DNA of 64,000 bases, from sequence record OP310984.1. One strand, 5' to 3'. Below, in pieces: positions 39,027-48,006 of this stretch. The notes beneath the pieces are model-generated. The model saw only the letters and a list, made by a program, of their open reading frames with translations. It searched no databases and was not told the origin of the DNA. Position numbers and translations under genes: made by a program. Each line of letters begins with the position of its first letter. Position 1 is the stretch's first letter.

Positions 39027-39464
39027 TTATGCCGCTTCGGACTTCTGTTTAACAGGTTTCTTGTACTTCCACTTGTACAGTTGGTGCAGGATGAAACTCG
39101 GAAGACCCAGTGCCAGTACACCAGCGACGGCTGTACCGACAATCTCTTGGAGAGTGATTGCATTGAACTCGGTGCCGAAAACAACCTGAGTAATGATAAT
39201 GATCATCAAACCGATCAGAGTGGTGATCCATAGACGTGGATGCAAGGAACGACTCAGACGAAGCCCTGGAGCAGAAACGCGTTCCATCCGAGTAGACCAG
39301 GTGTGGTTACGGTAGTACATCATGTCAGTGAAGTAATCACTGTAGATGTGCAGCAGTTCTCCACGTTGATCACCGGTACCATGAGCCAAGCCATGGTAGT
39401 AGTAAATACCACCATCTTCTTTGTGGGTGTAAAGTTCAGCGTTGTCTTTGGTATACATCGACAT
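39027..39464 (-). CDS. membrane protein: DUF1653-like N-terminal domain plus two TM helices
   Basis: YTHKEDGGIYYYHGLAHGTG...LLHIYS...MMYYR resembles YRHYKGGxY..G.A.H...VVY; two hydrophobic segments near the C-terminus. Confidence 0.55.
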   Translation of the reverse strand: MSMYTKDNAELYTHKEDGGIYYYHGLAHGTGDQRGELLHIYSDYFTDMMYYRNHTWSTRMERVSAPGLRLSRSLHPRLWITTLIGLMIIIITQVVFGTEFNAITLQEIVGTAVAGVLALGLPSFILHQLYKWKYKKPVKQKSEAA

Positions 39465-39469
39465 TTTTA

Positions 39470-39736
39470 TTACTCCGGCATTCCAGTGTGCACAAGAGAA
39501 TTGAAACGAACATCGAACGTATCGTACATATCCGATGTTAGTTCCTCGAAGACTGGACTATCCATGAAGGCTTCCAGTGCGCGGCGAGCTGCAAGACGCT
39601 TATCACCTTCACCATTAGCTCCGGGATAAACCGAATTACCCTCGCCAGGCTTGGCAAAGCCGTCAAAGATATGCGACTCGCCTTCACGGTCAGTCACAGT
39701 TGCTTTAACGGAATAACCCATGTAACGGAGTCCCAT
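39470..39736 (-). CDS. hypothetical protein
   Basis: 88 aa, TAATG coupling. Confidence 0.65.
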   Translation of the reverse strand: MGLRYMGYSVKATVTDREGESHIFDGFAKPGEGNSVYPGANGEGDKRLAARRALEAFMDSPVFEELTSDMYDTFDVRFNSLVHTGMPE

Positions 39737-39978
39737 TATTCATCCCATCCTTTTACTTCGTACCAGAGACAGGCACTATTGTATTCAACAATGTAACCGT
39801 CTTTACGGAGGATTTCCGCTTGACGATTATTCATCTTCCCTTCAACTGGCGTGTTCTCGTTGCTGTAATCGAAGTTTACCTCTGAATCACCAGCGAGCGC
39901 CCGTTGCTTAATTTTAGCATGGATTGATTCCATACCAGCTTCTTTATAAAGAAGTTCACGCAGCTCTTGTAATGTCAT
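39736..39978 (-). CDS. hypothetical protein
   Basis: 80 aa, ATGA-type overlap. Confidence 0.65.
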   Translation of the reverse strand: MTLQELRELLYKEAGMESIHAKIKQRALAGDSEVNFDYSNENTPVEGKMNNRQAEILRKDGYIVEYNSACLWYEVKGWDE

Positions 39979-40193
39979 GTAACTACTCCTACAATAAAGA
40001 CTCGACTGATTTCATTGAGATAAGCGAGCACTAGAAGAATACCTGTCCAGATAGCGATATTCAGTGTAGTACGCTTCTCTTCCAATCCAGGATTAGTGGA
40101 ATTAACTATTCGATGACAGAAAGCACCGAATAAACCAAGACCCATCGCCACGAAGATAATGGTAAACCATCCCAGATAGATCATTTTCTTCAC
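39975..40193 (-). CDS. small two-TM membrane protein
   Basis: 72 aa, two hydrophobic helices, SD AGGTG. Confidence 0.65.
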   Translation of the reverse strand: MKKMIYLGWFTIIFVAMGLGLFGAFCHRIVNSTNPGLEEKRTTLNIAIWTGILLVLAYLNEISRVFIVGVVT

Positions 40194-40213
40194 CTATTTT
40201 TTATAAATAGAGT

Positions 40214-40543
40214 TTATAGTTTAGTTAGGCGGATGATTTCTTCTAAAGCTGCATCAACTTGATAATACGGCCATGAATCAACACGAGGTTCGTTATCAAA
40301 GTATGTCCAAAGTTGAATACCTTGGAGTTTATTGTAGAATACATTGATTCTGATTCCTTCATGGCCAACAAGACCTTCAATGTAAGCTGCACCATGCACA
40401 TACGTAACATGTAGTGCGTACTCGCTATCTTCACCAGCGTATTGCATAGGTCTGGAGTAGATGAAGGAATAAGGATTAAATGGATCAGCCTGAGTGATAT
40501 GTTCGAAGAATTCTTTCAAACTAGATTTTTTCATATTGGACAT
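40214..40543 (-). CDS. hypothetical protein
   Basis: 109 aa, SD GAGGA. Confidence 0.7.
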   Translation of the reverse strand: MSNMKKSSLKEFFEHITQADPFNPYSFIYSRPMQYAGEDSEYALHVTYVHGAAYIEGLVGHEGIRINVFYNKLQGIQLWTYFDNEPRVDSWPYYQVDAALEEIIRLTKL

Positions 40544-40605
40544 TATATTTTCCTCATGATTTATTAAGTATACCTCCTAGAAGATAGACTTAATACTATT
40601 CGATG

Positions 40606-40998
40606 TTATTTTAAGACACCTGCCTTGTAACCTTTAACAACAGTTCTAGCTTCTAATGCACTGATTTCGCCAATGTGTTTACGCAGTGCTTTAATAGCGT
40701 TGATGGTAGGTTCATTATCCGCGATATGTCGCCAGTTTCCCTTACCCTTAATGAGTTCAACATCCTGGACATATAGACCATCTTTAACTAGATCCATTGT
40801 TTCTACCAACTTTTCGACTTCTTTAGTTAGATGCGTATGAAGACTGGCGAGGGACATGTCAGTCATTTGATGCACATTATAGAGAAAATCCCTATTATCA
40901 GAAGACGATAAAATTTCTTTGGTGAGTTTATTTACAGTGTCAATGTTTGCTGCAATTGAAACTAGCAGTGCGGCATATTTCTCTGCATTATAATTCAT
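40606..40998 (-). CDS. helical protein with a C-terminal ribosomal L7/L12-CTD-like motif
   Basis: TINAIKALRKHIGEISALEARTVVK versus L7/L12 KI.[20 protein letters not shown]. Confidence 0.55.
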   Translation of the reverse strand: MNYNAEKYAALLVSIAANIDTVNKLTKEILSSSDNRDFLYNVHQMTDMSLASLHTHLTKEVEKLVETMDLVKDGLYVQDVELIKGKGNWRHIADNEPTINAIKALRKHIGEISALEARTVVKGYKAGVLK

Positions 40999-41026
40999 TA
41001 ATACGTATTCCTATTTAAAATTGGAT

Positions 41027-41170
41027 TTAGTGTAATGCGGTAATACTGCGAATATCTAATTCATGTAAATCATATTTCTTTAGGAACTAATTCACCGCTT
41101 GCTGAATGGTGTACCCACTCGGAGATTCCCACTGAGTACCATTAAAAGCAATAATACGATAACCTACCAT
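41027..41170 (-). pseudogene. 47-codon ORF with an in-frame TAG at codon 28
   Basis: SD GAGGA, ATG 41170; MVGYRIIAFNGTQWESPSGYTIQQAVN*FLKKYDLHELDIRSITALH; TAG at 41087-41089. Confidence 0.5.
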
Positions 41171-41226
41171 TTTTTATTCCTCTAATCACAAAATAAATAC
41201 CCTCCCGAAGGAGGGTATTTATATCG

Positions 41227-41706
41227 TTACCAATTGATTACAGCGACAAACTCAAATACCCGACACAATTCTTTATCACGATGGGCATGATGAAAAGATT
41301 TACCTTCAATACCGCAATACGGATAAAACAATTTTCGGTGTTCCGTGTCGCCGAACCAGAAGGTGGTGTTATTGGAATCAACCACACCATGGATAGCCAC
41401 ATCACGAATGTACTGAAATACATGAACTGCCTTATCAGTGATCACTCGAAGTTCTACACCGTGTTCCTTCATCATAGCCAGGATGTCTTCCTTGGTGTAA
41501 TCTGCTTGTTCAGCATTGGTCATGATCTTGTGAGTCAGAGAACGCTTTTCCTTGTCACCGAAACAGATACAGACCAATTGCACCAACTGACCTTCTACCT
41601 TGAGACCACTGGTCGGTTTTAGTAGAACGAACTCATCATATTTGTAATCATTGGTGACAATCAGTGCCGACTTATTGCGAGTGACAATGCCTAGGTTATA
41701 CGACAT
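41227..41706 (-). CDS. hypothetical protein
   Basis: 159 aa; hairpin at 41195-41220 follows. Confidence 0.7.
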   Translation of the reverse strand: MSYNLGIVTRNKSALIVTNDYKYDEFVLLKPTSGLKVEGQLVQLVCICFGDKEKRSLTHKIMTNAEQADYTKEDILAMMKEHGVELRVITDKAVHVFQYIRDVAIHGVVDSNNTTFWFGDTEHRKLFYPYCGIEGKSFHHAHRDKELCRVFEFVAVINW

Positions 41707-41718
41707 AATTAATCTTCC

Positions 41719-42720
41719 TCATTTTAGAATATGTTGAACCTTGTGGATGTCTTCCAGGCTATGACCAAGACCAGTGGCTTTGTAAGAATGTTCCTGATCA
41801 ACACGCTTGTGATATGCAAGCAGTGCATCTACTGGATGTTCAGCGAAGAAGTATTCAGTGTTGTTGCAGTCCCAAGCGAACTCCCATTCACCATCACGAA
41901 TCTCTATTTTGTTAGCACTGAGGTAAGTGATATTGATGGTATTTACAGTGGCATTACCACCAATGAGGTAGTACGATCCTTCATTGCTACGAACATCGAT
42001 CCTGCCGCCATCGATAGTATCCTGATAGTAGAAACCACGGTCGAAGAATAACTTCAGCATCGAAGTGAAGTAGCTGTTCAATACAGCTTGAGCATCTTTC
42101 TCTTCGACCACCCATTTTCCATCAACGATGTTATTCAGGTAATTACGATCATGATTGATCCCGACATTATCCACGATGTCAGCGTAGTTCTTATGGAACT
42201 TAGCAATCTCGTACAAACGTTCCAGAGCAGCAAAACGGAAAGGGCTGGTGGGATGCAGAGCCAGAATGATCCGACCTACGCTCCACAAACCGGTCCCGTT
42301 GACCTCGTAACTTTCTTCGAGGTAACCTTTGATACCACAGTTAACTTCAAGTTCATCTGCTGGGAAACCGGTGCGGAGCCGCCTACGGATAGCCAATAGT
42401 ACCGATTCGGATTCTTCCGGATCGAACAGGTCTATGCCGAAAGTAATCCAGCTACCACGTACTTTGTGCTGGTATGCCAGGCGTACAGTATCACCGAATG
42501 GAGAAATGAACCAGCGTTCGTCTTCCGATACGACCAAATGGCAACCACATTGCCACAGGGTACTTAGAGGATCGTTAGAGGCGAGAATGCGCTTGGTGTC
42601 GTTCATATCCGACGAAGTAGCATCTGGACTGCCATGTAGGTGTGTCAGAATAAACAGAAGCGATGATTCTGTAGTTTGAGCACTCAACATTGCGCGAGTG
42701 ATGGTTGCATTGATGATCAT
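41719..42720 (-). CDS. hypothetical protein
   Basis: 333 aa, SD AAGGAAG. Confidence 0.75.
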   Translation of the reverse strand: MIINATITRAMLSAQTTESSLLFILTHLHGSPDATSSDMNDTKRILASNDPLSTLWQCGCHLVVSEDERWFISPFGDTVRLAYQHKVRGSWITFGIDLFDPEESESVLLAIRRRLRTGFPADELEVNCGIKGYLEESYEVNGTGLWSVGRIILALHPTSPFRFAALERLYEIAKFHKNYADIVDNVGINHDRNYLNNIVDGKWVVEEKDAQAVLNSYFTSMLKLFFDRGFYYQDTIDGGRIDVRSNEGSYYLIGGNATVNTINITYLSANKIEIRDGEWEFAWDCNNTEYFFAEHPVDALLAYHKRVDQEHSYKATGLGHSLEDIHKVQHILK

Positions 42721-42824
42721 GAGATATCTTCCTTTTTACAGTTTATGAATATATTGCTAAATAAAAAAATATTACGATGTAGAAAATAAAAGGGAGTCCG
42801 AAGACTCCCATTATTGCGTGTAAT

Positions 42825-43937
42825 CTATTTGATGATAACCGCTTTAGAAAGAGTTTCCATACTTCCAATAACTAATTTGGATTTCTCTTCTTCAGGGTTC
42901 TCCATTGCTTCACGCAGGAGTTCACCAATAGTTTTGGGTTGAACATCATCACTGATTTCACGCGAGCATGCCGAGTCGTCGTACATATCAAACACATTCA
43001 GATCATCATCATCCAGGGGCGTGCTGTCATTCCATGAATAGCTTGATTCATCCGAGGTATCATCAGACTCACCATACTGTTCACTGAGGTCACGGTCCAG
43101 TTCAGCCTCATACATCTCGCTAATTGCTTTATCGTCTTCTTCTTGCGCCTTACGACGAGAAGTCTTGTAGAACGGAAGCAGGCGTTGCAGGACTTTATGG
43201 AACTTCTTCTTGCTGATCAACCAGCTAACAGAGTAGCGAGACAGCTTTACTTCAGCTGCTTTGATAGTCGGATCGGAGTACAGCGCCATGACTAGCTTGT
43301 CCAGTTTGTGCAGATGATCTTTAAACGAGTTTGCATAAGCAGGATGTTCCCGAAGAGTGAACATCACAAACGAACGCATGTCAGTGATATAGTACTGACT
43401 GTGATGTTTGTTGATTTCGATGTATACCGGATCTACTGCGCGGTTATAATCGAATTCCTCTGCCCAGGTAAGGCTACGTACTTTAGTAGGACGAGGACCT
43501 TCTGCCCAACGAACAGTCGGATGTTTCTCACGGATGTTCCAACCATGATTGCGATCATACTCGGTTGACTCTTCTTTGAACCAGGTGAAATTACCTTCAC
43601 CGCGCGATACAATACCACGGCACCAACTGACGTTGATTGCCTTGTTACGGCTTTCAGTAAGATCACAGGGCATGTCCAGAATAGCGACATAACTGTTATG
43701 ACCATTGGCCACAACGCCGAGAACAGTAGCTTCGAATGTCTCGTAGCGCTGTCCAGGATACACACGTTCATTCTCATCCAGGTAACGAAGGGAGCAGGAT
43801 TCGAAGATAGCACGAGTACCGGCAGGGAAATGGGCACGACCGAAAGGTTGTTCGGCCTTTCTTTCTTTACGACGGCTGATAACCCATTCCAGTTTTTCTT
43901 TGGTCAGACGGGTTACGGGTTCACGATATTGTTTCAT
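42825..43937 (-). CDS. early protein with an acidic tail; positional match to ribosome-binding phiKZ gp14
   Basis: 370 aa, basic N-terminus and D/E/S-rich C-terminus. Counting ORFs from DHFR (gp4) places it at gp14. Function is not verifiable from sequence here. Confidence 0.55.
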   Translation of the reverse strand: MKQYREPVTRLTKEKLEWVISRRKERKAEQPFGRAHFPAGTRAIFESCSLRYLDENERVYPGQRYETFEATVLGVVANGHNSYVAILDMPCDLTESRNKAINVSWCRGIVSRGEGNFTWFKEESTEYDRNHGWNIREKHPTVRWAEGPRPTKVRSLTWAEEFDYNRAVDPVYIEINKHHSQYYITDMRSFVMFTLREHPAYANSFKDHLHKLDKLVMALYSDPTIKAAEVKLSRYSVSWLISKKKFHKVLQRLLPFYKTSRRKAQEEDDKAISEMYEAELDRDLSEQYGESDDTSDESSYSWNDSTPLDDDDLNVFDMYDDSACSREISDDVQPKTIGELLREAMENPEEEKSKLVIGSMETLSKAVIIK

Positions 43938-44086
43938 GGTGTATTTTCCTTTTTACGATTAATTTGGATTATGTACATCCCAATGCATCCTTTCCAAGAT
44001 ACATTGGGATGGAGTCTCCGAAGAGTCCCATCTTTTATTCCTGGGTCAGTTCTTTGACAGTACCCTCGGGCGCTGGTTTATTCATA

Positions 44087-44494
44087 TCACAGAAGCTGAG
44101 AGAGAATTGGTAGCATGAAAGTCTTTATCTTATTGCGATACATATTTACCCATGCATTGGACTCATCCACGTGAGTGGATGTGTACTCAGCTACCTTAAT
44201 ATATTCTAAAAAGCCAACAGCATCCGGGCCTTGATCAACATAGACCATCTTGTTGAAAAGACCTATACCAATGAGCGAGAGACGCTCTGCTTTTATGAAG
44301 GCGATAGTATCTTCGATGATAATCTTTACTAGGTCCCTGTACTTAACATGGTCGTTATGGATCAATGCCAACATGTCATCAACCTGTACAGTCAACAACA
44401 TGTCTTCATTACGACGGTTGACCAGTTCATTGGTCTGTTCTTGGGTGAACACATGGTCCACGTTTTGGAAGACTCTCGACAGACGACTATCCAT
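44087..44494 (-). CDS. hypothetical protein
   Basis: 135 aa, SD GAGGA. Confidence 0.7.
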   Translation of the reverse strand: MDSRLSRVFQNVDHVFTQEQTNELVNRRNEDMLLTVQVDDMLALIHNDHVKYRDLVKIIIEDTIAFIKAERLSLIGIGLFNKMVYVDQGPDAVGFLEYIKVAEYTSTHVDESNAWVNMYRNKIKTFMLPILSQLL

Positions 44495-44634
44495 TTATTA
44501 TTCCTCAGTAATAGTAAATACAAACATAGTACATTTCGGTTTAGCCGGCTGTTGACACCATTCCTTCGAAACCTTACCTTCGGGTTTGGTCAGTTCTATT
44601 AGAACTGCAAGAAAACCTACCACTATTTTGGTTT

Positions 44635-45033
44635 TCACTTAGTGATGATCCGTTGCACGAAATGTTGGAGATTTGCAACCAGTCGATCGAACTCTTCCAC
44701 GGTCAGCTGATCACGATGAGATTCCAGAAGTACTTCTACCTCTGGAAGAATGTTGAGCGCGATGTCCAATTGGGTCCGTGAGATGAACTCTGCGACATCC
44801 AACTCGTGATCTCGACGAAGATGATTTACCAGCTTGCGATGTTGTTCACTGTTACGGTAGGTGGAGATCTTATCGATAAGAATATCAGAGATACTGCTTT
44901 CGATCTGTTCGGCTACAGCCTGACCGTCTTCCTTTACGGTAGCTTTGACCGCGAGGATGGCAGCAACGGCTGTTGCGCCAACTGCCAGTGCAATAAGACC
45001 AAGACCAAGTGCGTTTTCTTTGATGAAGTTCAT
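44635..45033 (-). CDS. N-terminally membrane-anchored protein
   Basis: 132 aa; hydrophobic LGLGLIALAVGATAVAAILAV followed by a helical domain. Confidence 0.7.
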   Translation of the reverse strand: MNFIKENALGLGLIALAVGATAVAAILAVKATVKEDGQAVAEQIESSISDILIDKISTYRNSEQHRKLVNHLRRDHELDVAEFISRTQLDIALNILPEVEVLLESHRDQLTVEEFDRLVANLQHFVQRIITK

Positions 45034-45038
45034 ATTGA

Positions 45039-45380
45039 TTATCCTTTCAAAGTTGCATCATCATTGAAGATATCAGGACCCACCGAGAGACTTCCCAGAA
45101 GATCCGGAGCAATGTAAACAGAGTTGAGGGTTTCGTATACACCGGTAACAGCATCTACGTTAACCAGGCTAGAACTGCGCATGGGTACCCATTCACCGTT
45201 ACGGAAGGCTTCACCGACCAGTACACGAACATCATCTACGTCAGTGCGGTTCGGCCATAGATCCTTACCTTCTACTATTTTTACATTACGAGCATGGTAG
45301 ACCAGTTTACCATTCATGCGAGCAACGATATTCGGACGGCACATGTTGTCGATTACTTTAACTGCTACGGACTTTTCCAT
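45039..45380 (-). CDS. hypothetical protein
   Basis: 113 aa. Confidence 0.7.
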   Translation of the reverse strand: MEKSVAVKVIDNMCRPNIVARMNGKLVYHARNVKIVEGKDLWPNRTDVDDVRVLVGEAFRNGEWVPMRSSSLVNVDAVTGVYETLNSVYIAPDLLGSLSVGPDIFNDDATLKG

Positions 45381-45390
45381 TTTTATTTCT

Positions 45391-45540
45391 CTATTTAGTT
45401 ACGAGCATTTCTTGACCATTGGGACCGATACGATGACCGAGGATAACAGTTTCATTAGAAATAGTTTGCTCTTCAAACTTAGCGTTTACAAACAGTCCAC
45501 CAAAAGTCAAACCAATAACCACTAGTGCGAATGCTTTCAT
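45391..45540 (-). CDS. small secreted or membrane peptide (49 aa), absent from the ORF track
   Basis: MKAFALVVIGLTFGGLFVNAKFEEQTISNETVILGHRIGPNGQEMLVTK; SD within the 64-bp promoter repeat. Confidence 0.6.
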   Translation of the reverse strand: MKAFALVVIGLTFGGLFVNAKFEEQTISNETVILGHRIGPNGQEMLVTK

Positions 45541-45550
45541 TTTTAAAGTC

Positions 45551-45614
45551 CCTTTTTACATTAATTGAAGGTTAAATATCAAGTTAGTAATATACTGTTT
45601 AAAATGGTTTGAAT
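45551..45614 (-). repeat. 64-bp early promoter plus RBS module, copy 1
   Basis: Identical to 47402-47465; contains TATATTAC and an AAAAGG SD on the minus strand. Confidence 0.9.
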
Positions 45615-45630
45615 AAGGGAGTAGTAGTTA

Positions 45631-45891
45631 TTACATATCGTGCAGGTAGGTCTCATCAATGATGGCACGGGCTAGCTCAATGAGACTATCTTCATCAACA
45701 ACAATGTTACCATCTTTCCAGGTAGCGCTATGGGATAACCAGTTACGGTAATCCTTACCTCGTACAGGATTGATGCATACCTGACGAGTAGCTGCATCAC
45801 GGTCACCACGGAAACCCATGATAGCACGTGCACGACGGATTGCTTCTTTCTCCAAGTCTTCGTCAGATTTAAAAGTCAGGAAAGTTGTCAT
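45631..45891 (-). CDS. hypothetical protein
   Basis: 86 aa behind an early promoter variant at 45937-45964. Confidence 0.7.
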   Translation of the reverse strand: MTTFLTFKSDEDLEKEAIRRARAIMGFRGDRDAATRQVCINPVRGKDYRNWLSHSATWKDGNIVVDEDSLIELARAIIDETYLHDM

Positions 45892-45972
45892 AGTTTGATT
45901 CCTTTTTACTGATTTAATAGGTTTAATTACACTGTTGTGATATACTGGTTAAAATGGTTTGAATGTATTATT

Positions 45973-46305
45973 TCATTTCCACAGACGACAATAGTCATCT
46001 ACATGTCGAGTGATTTCTGCAACAGCCCTGAGTCGCCGGCGGCCAGTTAATTTAGAGCAGTGTTTATTAACTAATGTATCAACAGTTTTACGTAACCTAA
46101 CACAGCGTTCTTCATTAGGTATATCTTGTTCGATAAACAGGCTAGTTAATTTATGGATTTCCATATGGATTTTCTTACATACATCGTTAGCCGATTTTTC
46201 TTCATTTAATTTGTTGTATGATTCGACTAACTTAACAATAGTTGTAGCAACAGTAGTTGCGGCAACAAAAATTTGAATACCATTGATAAAATTTTTATTA
46301 AACAT
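45973..46305 (-). CDS. hypothetical protein with a hydrophobic N-terminus
   Basis: 110 aa. Confidence 0.65.
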   Translation of the reverse strand: MFNKNFINGIQIFVAATTVATTIVKLVESYNKLNEEKSANDVCKKIHMEIHKLTSLFIEQDIPNEERCVRLRKTVDTLVNKHCSKLTGRRRLRAVAEITRHVDDYCRLWK

Positions 46306-46406
46306 TTTTAAACTCCAACTAATGTATTAAAAAAATATGTCTATATTGAAAATAAAGCCCTCCCCGAAGGGAGGGTGTATGTCGCCAATAAGTGTTACTA
46401 ATTTAT

Positions 46407-46619
46407 TTAGTTAGTTTGACCATACGTTCTTTCAAAGTTGTTTACATCATAACCTGAGTGGTGTGTTGCAGAACCACCTGAAGTAGTATCTATAATCTTA
46501 ACTACCACTTCATCATTTTCAATGTAAACCGACAGTTTATCTCGCATAAAATCCACGTGGTCATTTCGAGAACGTAGATATTTCATTACAGCTTCGCCAC
46601 TGATTTTACTGTTAGCCAT
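46407..46619 (-). CDS. small hypothetical protein
   Basis: 70 aa, SD GAGGA. Confidence 0.6.
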   Translation of the reverse strand: MANSKISGEAVMKYLRSRNDHVDFMRDKLSVYIENDEVVVKIIDTTSGGSATHHSGYDVNNFERTYGQTN

Positions 46620-46621
46620 TA

Positions 46622-46858
46622 TTATTTCCTCGATTGATTCCAGTTAAAATTATCTTTTGCATTTTTAGTGAAGAACCCGTTACCCCAACCAAATGAGTAT
46701 CTAAAGTCCTTGATTACACCAACATCCGAATCGATAACCTTATATTCAATGACTTTATCACTATTCTCCAGAATGACTAAGATCGCGATAAGATCTTTAG
46801 GATCACCTACAGTCAATTCATGTCTTTCAGACTCGTCTCTGTGGATAACGATGTACAT
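46622..46858 (-). CDS. small hypothetical protein
   Basis: 78 aa, SD GAGGA. Confidence 0.65.
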   Translation of the reverse strand: MYIVIHRDESERHELTVGDPKDLIAILVILENSDKVIEYKVIDSDVGVIKDFRYSFGWGNGFFTKNAKDNFNWNQSRK

Positions 46859-46875
46859 GGTACTTTATCCTCTAA

Positions 46876-47391
46876 TTATACCCATTTAGTTACTGGGAGT
46901 TCGAAGGTTTCACACAAGTCGAGTACTTTACGATGTTCCAAGTTATTTTCTGGATAGAAGGTAATGGGTGTAGTCGGACTACCCCAATTAACACGACATC
47001 CAGTTTCTTTATGGATTTCGCCAAGTACAGTATATGCACCTGCCCCATCTGCATAACCCATTTGATTAGGGTTAACGCAGATTTGAGTAAAACGCTCCGT
47101 CAATACTCGATTAATAGTGATGGTCAAGAGACGAACGAACTCACGAGTCTTCTCGATGTCGTCTACCCAGAATTCCAGAAGGATCCATTTCCCATGAGGG
47201 TTATCATGCCCACCTTGGAAGAATACACAGAAACCTTCTTTTGCCTTATAAAACTCGTGATTGGTAATGTTACATTCAACCATTTGTTTCACTGCATGCC
47301 ATACACGCTCGGTGACATAATCACCATAAAGTTCGATGCAGTGACCACGGCCAGGGAATTGTTCTTTTTTAGAAAATTTAATTTCGAACAT
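46876..47391 (-). CDS. hypothetical protein
   Basis: 171 aa directly behind copy 2 of the promoter repeat. Confidence 0.7.
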   Translation of the reverse strand: MFEIKFSKKEQFPGRGHCIELYGDYVTERVWHAVKQMVECNITNHEFYKAKEGFCVFFQGGHDNPHGKWILLEFWVDDIEKTREFVRLLTITINRVLTERFTQICVNPNQMGYADGAGAYTVLGEIHKETGCRVNWGSPTTPITFYPENNLEHRKVLDLCETFELPVTKWV

Positions 47392-47401
47392 GGTATAGAT
47401 T

Positions 47402-47465
47402 CCTTTTTACATTAATTGAAGGTTAAATATCAAGTTAGTAATATACTGTTTAAAATGGTTTGAAT
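47402..47465 (-). repeat. 64-bp early promoter plus RBS module, copy 2
   Basis: Identical to 45551-45614. Confidence 0.9.
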
Positions 47466-47485
47466 GTATTATCGGTAGGGGAGGG

Positions 47486-47899
47486 TTACCCTTTTAACTT
47501 TTTAATACTGTTGGATAAGTACATGACACTACGGAAAATTTTGAATCTTGAAAAGTATTCACGTACTTCTTCTTTAGTCAATACAAGTCTTCCATCTTTA
47601 TTTACATTATCACCAAAGACAATTTCCTGAGTATTCTTCCATAAAGATCTATAAAGATAACAGCCATGTGGTGCATCACACCAATCATAGATCTTAAGTT
47701 CAAATTCAACTTTGTCGACAATATCGTCATCAAATAAAATAGTATTTCCTTTACTATTTAACTCCATTAACTCATTTGCACAATTTATTGCAAACTCAAC
47801 CGCTGCCCAGGTTCTACCACCACTGAACATATCTTTACTTAATTTACTTAGATCGATTGCATTATAAGTTGTTTTCTTAGAGTTTTTCATGGACTGCAC
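47486..47899 (-). CDS. hypothetical protein
   Basis: 137 aa behind an early promoter at 47942-47969. Confidence 0.7.
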   Translation of the reverse strand: MQSMKNSKKTTYNAIDLSKLSKDMFSGGRTWAAVEFAINCANELMELNSKGNTILFDDDIVDKVEFELKIYDWCDAPHGCYLYRSLWKNTQEIVFGDNVNKDGRLVLTKEEVREYFSRFKIFRSVMYLSNSIKKLKG

Positions 47900-48006
47900 T
47901 CCTCAATAATAAATAGAATAATCTATATTTAATTCACCTTTGTAATATACTGTTTAAATATGTTTGAATACATGACATAAAGCCTTCCCCTGGGGGAAGG
48001 CTATTA

